From: Octopus bimaculoides
Lineage: Eukaryota
Direction of reading: 5' to 3'
Length of the DNA stretch: 64,000 nucleotides
NCBI RefSeq assembly: GCF_001194135.2
Contig: NC_068984.1
Location: forward strand, 58,332,234-58,396,233
Shown here in pieces: positions 55,611-64,000 of this stretch (position 1 is the first letter of the stretch; each line of letters begins with the position of its first letter). The position numbers and the translations under genes are program-made. The notes beneath the pieces are model-generated. The model was not told the DNA's origin. It saw nothing but the letters and a program-made list of their open reading frames with translations, and did not search any database.

Positions 55611-58574
55611 TAGGTGTTGATCTTCAATGAATTAAACGAAACATTACGGCTTCAGGGACCAAACATGCATATAACAAAACTTAGCTAACAGAACTAACTA
55701 AGAGTGGTCAATGAATATGGACAACAGACGAGTTAAGTAAAATCCATTTTGAATTTGTTTTGCAAAAAATTTGATTAGAAAGTGGGTGTTAAAACCAGAC
55801 GCAACAATGCTTATATTAATACAAAATAAAATAAATACGTGATTTATTGAAATTATCTTCGTTACGATAGGTGAACAAACGCCCAATTGCAAATGCGATA
55901 ACACCGACTGCACGGAAGATAATCTCAAAATTTTTCTGAAATTGGCATGCTCTCAAAGAAAAGATTTTTTTGGTCATAGCGGAAAGCACTGAGACCAATA
56001 GTCACGGTGGTCTTGCATAGTCAGTCAAATGGCTGGAATTGATAAAATACCAATCTAAAGGTTGTCTCAGGAGTAACAAATGCTATAACGTACACGTTAT
56101 ACCCACACAAGTGATACGAATTGTTTGGAGGTAAAATGCATAAGGACTGCTTTCAACTCCTAACTACAGTATTACTGTTAAAGGTTTAACATGCCGGGAA
56201 AAATGCTTAGTCTGTCTTTACGTTCTGAGTTCAAACTGCGCTGAGGTCAACTTTGCCTTTCATCCTTTCGATCCGATAAGCACTCGTTGAACACTGGAGC
56301 CGATTTAACGACTTCGCCCCTCCCTAGAAATTGCTGGCCTTGGACTAAAATTTGAAACCATTATTAAAGTTCCTACTCTTCGGAAGTTAAGAATTCTTGA
56401 TTATAACTGAGTTTCCCGTCGAAGAAAGCATCCAACTACGAGCAATGGAATAGAGCTACTGACAACATATACCAAGCATTTACCAACGCACACTGACAAC
56501 GAATGGATATTAATAGCAAGAAACAATGAGCTAATTTCAAGTTTACATTTAACAGTAACTATACTTCAAGTACTAGTTTATTAGCGATTTCGCAGCATCT
56601 GTCGTAACTTAAGTACTGCTATCAAGTGTTCTCTATAGAATTTCAAATACTGCCAAAGAAACCAGAAGGAAGAATCTACTCTAGTTACCGGAATGATGCA
56701 ACATTTATTTACAAAGGTTTTTGTAGGGAGAGAAGCTGGAGTCGATCGATTCGTTCTTTAGTATTATTGTCATGCTGTTAAGTGTTCAGTCGATTGCAAT
56801 GAAACGCAATATCCAGAGGTTTGCTACTGTGGTTACATGTGGACACAATAACATCCGCAAAATGTTATGCAAGAAGTTTTTGGGAAATAAACATAGGGAA
56901 AATCTGTAAAAAAATAAGAAGTAATTTTATTAAGAGATTTTCCGTTATATATTAAGCATTGAATAGTTTTAACCAGGGCAATGTATTTGGGTTGGTGTGA
57001 GGAGAATGACATTAAAAAAAAGACATGCTGCTCGAGCATTTTCTCTTTAAGCAATGTGATGTTAACTATTAATGTCATTATATACTTACAGTTACAAATA
57101 ATAAATGGCGAAGTCATAAGACTGATTATCATTAAAAATTAATTTGGGCAAAGAACATCTATGTGTATACGATATATGCGGGTGATGTAGGGCGTCAGAC
57201 TTATAGACTGTAAATTCACTTATCAGGAGCATTCATCTTCCCTTTACGTAACGTAAGCTAGACAAATTATTCCACGGAATAACGTACAAACTGTTTATTT
57301 GATTAACTATTTCACTCTGACATACAAAGATAAAAATGTTTACTTCAACGAAAGTTGGTACAATTTAAAAAGAAAAGTGTAAGGTGTAGAGATGATTAAT
57401 CTCTCCCCATCCTAAGCACACGCATATTTTGCCTTAGAGTAAGTTGCATCAAATAACTTGTGTAAATAATTATCACCTTTGGAATGAAAGGTTAGTCCTT
57501 AATTTCTAAGTGGAACAAAACAAGTTACTTGTATTGTCAGACAACAAAACAATGTTATTATGCAAATCTAATATACGTACATACATACATACATGAATGG
57601 AATGCCGAAAAAATAAAATGAAATAAAAAGGCTGCTTGTTTGGAATAGTTGTGATGATGCTACAGATTTATTTTTAAAACGTAGCTATTTACTAAAACAC
57701 ACCGATCTGACATCGTTAGAGATTTGGGGTTAAACAGTAAGTAAAAGCGCTCCAAGTAGAACTTAAAAAAAAAAAAATAAAATCTTTTTTTTCATGTTGT
57801 TTACGTATGAAATAAAAGCTTGAATATGCGAAGCGAATAGGTCTCGCAATGTCTAACAGCATGTGTTTAATTTTATATTTAATCAAGAGTTTTTATTTAC
57901 ATTTTTCATCGGTTGGCTGTTCTTTCTTTACTTCTCACATTCATATATCTACATATACATTTGAAGATGAATAAAATAAAATTTTCCGCTGAAATTAAAA
58001 GATAACAGCAATCACGGTTTCAAATTTTGGCTGTGCCAGCAATTCTATGAGACGGGATAAGTCGATCACATCAATCCCAGTATTCAACTGGTATTCATTT
58101 TATCGACCCCGAATGATGAAAAGCAGTCGACTTCGGCAGAATTTGTACTTAGACAGTACAGGGCAAGAAGAAAAGTAACAAAATGTTATGTCCGACGTGC
58201 TAACGATCCCTGCCAGCTCTGTCTTAATAACAATAATAACAATAAAGATTACGTACCGTACAAGAATTTTGTTCGTATTTTATACAGGAATACAAAAATA
58301 TATCGATATATCAGTAAACAAAATACAACACGAAATGAAGAAAGTAAATCTCCTTAAAGTCTTCAAAAGTTGGCAAGATGCCCTCCATTTAAAGAGGAAA
58401 ACTGATAAAAAAATTATCAGCCGAGTAATATTAGAACAAGAACTGCTAAAAGTTAGTATAAAATCACGCATCAGATGATAATTTCACATTAAGAAATTGT
58501 GTGCGTATAAAACAAATCAACAGTGCATTAGAATTTCTGTATGGTTTTGTGTGTGTGTGTGTGTGTGTGTGTGG

Positions 58575-58991
58575 TTAGTGAGGCGAATTTAATTCCTGTT
58601 GGACATTCTGAAAAGTCTTGAGATGTTCCGCATAATCTTCAGAGGAGGTCACAGACGAAGTGGGACTTTTAGGATCTTCGAAGACCATAACAATTCCACC
58701 ACTACATTTGTTGAGAGTAAACCGAGATGTATTCGACCATCCAACTATAACATTCGGATTGACTGTCAAACAATGGTAATTATCACCTTCGAGATAACAC
58801 TGAAACATCTGAGTTTTCACTCGGGACCGTGGTACCCTGAAACTGGCCAGCAGGCTTTTTAATAAGCTCCGAGGTACCGGGACATTCAACGAGGAGCGAA
58901 TAACTGTACCGTTCGAGTCGTATATAACGACACCTCTTATAGAGGTAACGTGCTGTTGACTAGGCGTAGCCTCCGTGTAATGGGACATCAT
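58575..58991 (-). CDS. Divergent profilin-family protein (PFN4-like), 138 aa
   Basis: Complete ORF with an in-frame TAA directly upstream of the ATG. YLEGDNYHCLTVNPNVIVGW..TLNKC..IVMVF..SSVTSSEDYAEHLK aligns by eye to the profilin core (G..Y.C.R.D..IY..KT..VE.L.DYL). Size is typical of profilins. A 67-nt GTAAGT..TCCAG intron is plausible in the 5' UTR (59125-59059). Confidence 0.7.
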   Translation of the reverse strand: MMSHYTEATPSQQHVTSIRGVVIYDSNGTVIRSSLNVPVPRSLLKSLLASFRVPRSRVKTQMFQCYLEGDNYHCLTVNPNVIVGWSNTSRFTLNKCSGGIVMVFEDPKSPTSSVTSSEDYAEHLKTFQNVQQELNSPH

Positions 58992-59216
58992 TTATATTGT
59001 TGCAGAACACCTTCTTTCACTACGTGCTTGGCTGCTGCTAATGTACAATAACTAGATCCTGGAGATAACAGCTACAGAGTAACTGCGGTACAGCAATGAC
59101 AATTTTAAGCTCCTTGTGTACTTACGAAATTTATAACAATAGCAATTCAAAAGTGTTAAGAGTTTATGTAAATTTTAAAATATTCAAATATATCTGACAT
59201 ATATATGTGTGTGTGC

Positions 59217-59252
<36 letters not shown>

Positions 59253-59992
59253 TTCTGTGTGTGAATGTGTGAGAGTGAGTGAGTGTGCGTTTACACATTG
59301 CATACGTTCATGAGAATGTATGTAGGAGTAATTGTATGTTTAAATATAAACATGTACGTATGTGCATAGCTTTTTTGAATAAGCTGTTTGTTGGTGTTAT
59401 CCTTGTTGTAGCTTACCTATATACATCTTCAAACAGTATTTTTTCTCCTTTTTGAGTGGCGAGGTATTATGAATCTTATATATATATACATACATATACA
59501 TATGTGTGTGTGTGTGTGTAAAAACATACACACCAGAATCCGAGGAAGCTTGCGATGGTCTGTATCTTTTTTTTTTTTTTTTTTACAATTCACCTCTGGG
59601 ATGCTTAGGAAAATTACAAGCCAGTACTTGACTGATTCTTAATGCTGACAGGTATAAGTTATATTGACTTGGGTGGGGTGTGAATTCACAACGTAAAGAA
59701 CCGTAACTGAAATAAATACGGGAGGCTTTTTATTCCACCGCGCTAATGATTGTAATAAACAGCTCATAATATTAATAAAGCCAGATAAATTGATGTGTTG
59801 TGAGGAGAAATGAGATCTGACATTTCGATCATTGTGTATTTATAAATCATGGATGCTGACACAGTTGGGTGGTTAAGAAGGTCTTTTCATAACCATGGAG
59901 ATCCAGGCTCGAATCTCCTATGTGGCATCTTGGGCAAGTACATTTACCATAGTTTCGGGTCGACATTGAGTAAATATGCGTCAACCGAAATT

Positions 59993-60216
59993 TATTTCTT
60001 TATTGCCCACAGGGGGCCAAACACAGAGGGGACAAACAAGGACTGACAAAGAGATTAAGTCGATTACATCGACCATAGTAACTGGTACTTATTTAATCGA
60101 CCCCGAAAGGATGAAAAGCAAAGTCGACCTCGGCGGAATTTGAACTCAGAACGTAACGGCAGACGAAATACCGCTATGCATTTCGCCCGGAGTGCTAACG
60201 ATTCTGCCAGCTCGCC
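59993..60216 (-). mobile_element. SINE family A nested in a family B SINE, perfect 15-bp TSD
   Basis: GCGTCAACCGAAATT at 59978-59992 and 60217-60231. Confidence 0.92.
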
Positions 60217-61063
60217 GCGTCAACCGAAATTGTATAGCTTCTGATGGACAGCACTTGTAATTCATACTGATTCTACTTGAGAATTTCGTAAAGAGTACAC
60301 ACATCTATGGAATTCTAAGCAGTTTTTCATGCTTACTGATTTAATGAGTATGTTTTCCAGTCGACCGACCAAGAAGACACCTAATTAATAAACAGCTGCA
60401 TATTCAAATGCATGCTTCCTCTTTTGCATTCAATAGGGTGTGAAGACATGAAAATTCGGCTGTTATTTCTAGTAGATTTTGTGACTATGTCTGTGACTCA
60501 TTCGTCAACTTTTGCATATGATCTTGTCAACCGGTTTTAGCATCACCATCACCCAGATTGTTTTCAGCAGCCTCTCTGGTCTCATGCAAGTATTCAGACA
60601 GGTTTCGCTCACATGACAATTCAATATATTGACGATGTGCTGCTTCGTGCAGCTGCTACTCACGATTTGTAAATAAACGAGAGAGCGTGCATGACCACTC
60701 GATCTGCGAGAAATAGCAGTCAAATTTCTCTTAAGTTATATCCTGTCTTTAAAAAAGAAAAAAAAAAGAAAACTCCGAAGGACATAGAATAATGCATGTC
60801 TCTATATTGTCCTAAATGACACATTGGAAGGTGTATTTGTTAAAGTCTTGCCTAGGATAACCTCCCCACTATCACCAATAACAGCAATAACAGCAACACT
60901 TGAATCGAGTTTCTCCCTCTCCCCTCCCAACTAGTCACGTGAGATAGGCCTTCACAAAAGCTTATCTTTGGCATTCCTTATGTAAAATGTATTTGTATGC
61001 ACACGCGTGTATGCATGTTATTATTAAGTATTATTTTAAGATTTCTTGCCAATAAGGTGAAAA

Positions 61064-61382
61064 CGCGTGGCTTAGTGGCTAGGGTATTCGGCTCACGAAG
61101 ACAAGGTCGTGAGTTCAATTCACGGCGATGCGTTGTGTCCTTGAACAAGACATTTCATTTCACGTTGCTCCAATCCACTCAGCTGGAAAAAATGAGTAGT
61201 GCCAGTATTTCAAAGGGCCAGCTTTGTCACATTTTGTGTCGCGCTGAATCTCCCTGAGAACTACGTTAGGGGTACACAAGTCTGTAGAGTGCTCAGTCAC
61301 TTACATGTTAATTTCACGAGCAGGCTGTTCCGTTGATCGGATCAACTAGAACTCTCGTCGTCGTAATCGACGGAGTGCCAGT
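61064..61382 (+). mobile_element. tRNA-derived SINE family C
   Basis: A box TGGCTTAGTGG, B box GAGTTCAATTC. Decayed copies at 17675-18035(-) and 31410-31680(-); head fragment at 49440-49530(-). Confidence 0.85.
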
Positions 61383-61729
61383 TGCCAATAGAGAAAGAAC
61401 CGGTTTCTAACCTAGATTCAAGGCTACTTCAGTGGATTTTCAACAGCATCAACGGTATTTTTGCATGTATGTTTGTATATTCGAAGGGTTTGGAGTCCGG
61501 GTGTGTGTAAATTTCTGGGGTTTTTTGGTTTTTTTTTTATATATGTAAGTATTGTCAAGCATATAGTTGCATATCTATACTGAAATACTAAACTGGAAAG
61601 TTTCACAGTTCCATTGATGACTTGGATCTATAATCTTCGAACCAGCTTTCTCCTTTCTGGTTTTGAGAAGCCTAATTTATCAATATTCGTGCTTAGGCAG
61701 TTTGTTACATATCAATTTACTCCAATAAT

Positions 61730-62420
61730 TACAGGTATAAACCTGTTTCCGTAATCTTTTCCATCGTTTCTTTTGAACCTTGGATTATCATCTCCAGTTG
61801 TTGACCTCTCCAGTTGACGCACTCTTTTTTCTTGGCCTGGAGCACTACTATGTTGTCCTCATTACCAAAGAGGACCGCATCTGCCACCCAGGTTACATCA
61901 ATCTCCGGTGGGATTCTCCAACCGTGACCCTTGTGCTCTCATGCCTCTATACGTGGGCAACAGCACCACTTCTTCGCTCCGAATTGTCGACGCTGCATGT
62001 TTCCTTGCTGCTGCTGCATTACAAAACCTCACGTCTGTTCTTCCTTTATTTATCGAAAAGGTTCGATAGATTATCGTCTTTTTCCTTATTCCGTTTTTAA
62101 CCTCTTGCTGGGGCGACAGCTTCACTTCAAACCCATCTCGGTTCATTTCTTCTTTGTGTCTTCCGAATTCCCTAATGTCCACTTCTGTTTCCTTACACCT
62201 TGCTACATCAACAAAATTCCGCTTCTCTTTTATCAGTTTCTGGTCCATTGTCTTAACTGCCTCCAGCAACTCCTCCTCGGACGATGATATGTCTGAGTAA
62301 CTATAACTGTCTTCCGACATTCTTCAACCAGCTGTCTCTTCTCTTACGAGAAGAGAAAGCTCAAACAAATTACACACGTAAACATTCAAACCGCTGCAAA
62401 GCAGCACAAAAAAACTATTC
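61730..62420 (-). mobile_element. LINE 5' end with ORF1-like frame (Tx1-type)
   Basis: 140-aa ORF with acidic N-terminus and VVLLPTYRG motif, degrading downstream; no splice context. Confidence 0.55.
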
Positions 62421-62959
62421 AAAAATCACCATGTATTAACTTCACGGAGACGTTATACCGCTAAGCAGTTCGACCGGCGTGCTAACATTTCTGCCAGCTC
62501 ACCGCTTCACAATTTTACAATACTGAAATAAAAATTGCAAATAAGAAAAAAAATTTACAATAAAATAATTGTAAAACTGGTAAATAATAAAACGTGAAAA
62601 TTAAACTTAGTTGAAATTTCATTGATGGCTCTATGTATGTATGTATGTATGTATGTATGTATGTATGCATGTATGTATAGTTTAAAAATCGTATGCTATA
62701 CGCCTTGTAGTTTGCTGGTAAATCACGTTCACTGGCTTACTGTTCGTTGGGTATTTGCTTAATGCGAGAGACGAAAGGTGGAAGATAGGAGAATCTTTAT
62801 TGACTACTACAATTGTTTCGACCCCTCGTGGTTGGGATACAAATATACAATACAAGTAGATTATCGTTACTATACATCTAATAAGTTGACCTGCCAACTT
62901 TTGTTATTTCTGATTGAAGGAGACGGCTGGAACAACACTTTAAACAAACCCTACTAAAC

Positions 62960-63360
62960 ATTACTAGTCACGGCCGACTAGGTTGCCGAATGTGACCAAA
63001 TGAAGTGCATTTTTCATCATAGTCCCCCTTGCGATCCACACACTTCTTCCATTGGTGTTGCAGGGCTTGGATCCCATTTATGAAGAAGCTTTCTTCATGT
63101 TGGCCAAAAAGTCATCATCAGCGGATATGATGTCATCATCACTACGATACTGGTCCTCTCCCAAGTGTTTTTTTTTCATGTTGGGAAACAGAGATGGTAG
63201 TCAGATGGGACTACATCAGGAGAATAAGGATCAACCAGTTCAAAACCATAATCACGCACAGCAGCCATTGAAACCCAAGACTTGTGTGCTGGAGCATTGT
63301 CCTGATGAAACACGATCCCTTTCCTCAGTTTTCCTTTCCTCAGTTTGGTCTGGTATAGCT
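62960..63360 (-). mobile_element. mariner (DD34D-type) 3' fragment
   Basis: FHQDNAPAHKS..GFELV.PYSPDVVPSDYHL..YRSDDD. Confidence 0.85.
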
Positions 63361-63639
63361 CTACTGTCACCACCCATGACAGTTCCAGTCGTCAGGGGCG
63401 TCAAAAAGGCGACACCGTCTTTCCAAATATCTTTACTGCATGTATCGAAACCATCTTCAGAGATAATAATTGAAAAGGTGTCATCATCAACAGCGAGCTT
63501 CTAACACATCTCCCATTTGCAGAAAACATTTTCTCGTAACTAAAACCCAAGGCCGGATTAAGACCCACAGAAGTCCTAAGCACTTCAAAGGTTTTGGTGC
63601 TCTCAAGTATATGTAAATGGTTCAAAATGTAACCGATAA

Positions 63640-64000
63640 TCTATATATATAAAAATGAGAATGTGTGTCTGTCTGTCTGTGTGTGTGTGTGTGTGCGTGT
63701 GTATCCCTAAAACTCGAGAACTACGCAACCAATTTCATTCAAATTTTACACATGCCTTACTTAGGGTTCCAGTTGTGTTTTAGTCAAAAAAATTTTTTAA
63801 CTTCTTGCAGAGTTCGAGCCCACGGCAACATAATATCTCCTCCACTATTTAAGTATTACGTGTCAAAAGTGAAACAAAAACACTCATGTCAAATACTTTC
63901 ACTTTAAAAATGAAACTATTCCACTAACTGAAACAATCACATTTCGATACTGTAATGACAGATACTTTCAGAGAGATACATGTATAGATATATATGCATA
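63640..64000 (+). mobile_element. Non-autonomous Helitron-like 5' end, runs off the window
   Basis: A|TCTATATATATAAAAATGAGAATGTGTGTCTGTCTG start followed by AACTACGCAACCAATTTCATTCAAATTTT, typical of Helitron-N heads. Confidence 0.6.

Noticed and set aside
55871-56130. Cys-rich NTR/C345C-like reading (CKCDNTDC..ACSQRKDF..SVKWLELIK)
   Set aside because: On recounting, a continuous domain needs two frameshifts (T7 at 55965-55971 and one near 56101) plus a stop, so the resemblance may be over-fitting.
61064-61135. tRNA-like A and B boxes
   Set aside because: Head of a tRNA-derived SINE continuing into a repeat body; no complete cloverleaf or terminator.

Overview
AT-rich, repeat-dense animal genomic DNA with several N gaps. 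The SINE, mariner, Penelope and microsatellite landscape points to a coleoid cephalopod, probably Octopus (inference). The + strand 2.8-33.6 kb holds the 3' part of a polycystin-1-family (PKD1L-type) gene. I reconstructed 16 GT-AG exons whose phases all match (4494 nt, 1497 aa plus stop), encoding GAIN/GPS, TM1, PLAT, TM2-5 and the TOP plus six-TM channel module. Its 5' end lies upstream of the window. A small divergent profilin-like gene lies on the - strand at 58.6-59.0 kb. The rest is mostly transposon debris: a full-length DD36E Tc1-type element, maT and mariner pieces, hAT MITEs, two Penelope-like lineages, RTE/Tx1/CR1 LINE fragments, two Gypsy LTRs with tRNA-Trp primer sites, a Helitron end and many SINEs. 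Best leads: (1) an intronic cassette of a hammerhead-like ribozyme plus long fold-backs, with further hairpins through the PKD1L pre-mRNA; (2) the DD36E element; (3) the PFN4-like profilin; (4) a CpG-decay footprint limited to the gene body; (5) a duplicated CCAAT/TATA module next to a histone-like stem-loop. I found no rRNA, genuine tRNA or CRISPR features. All alignments and counts were done by eye.
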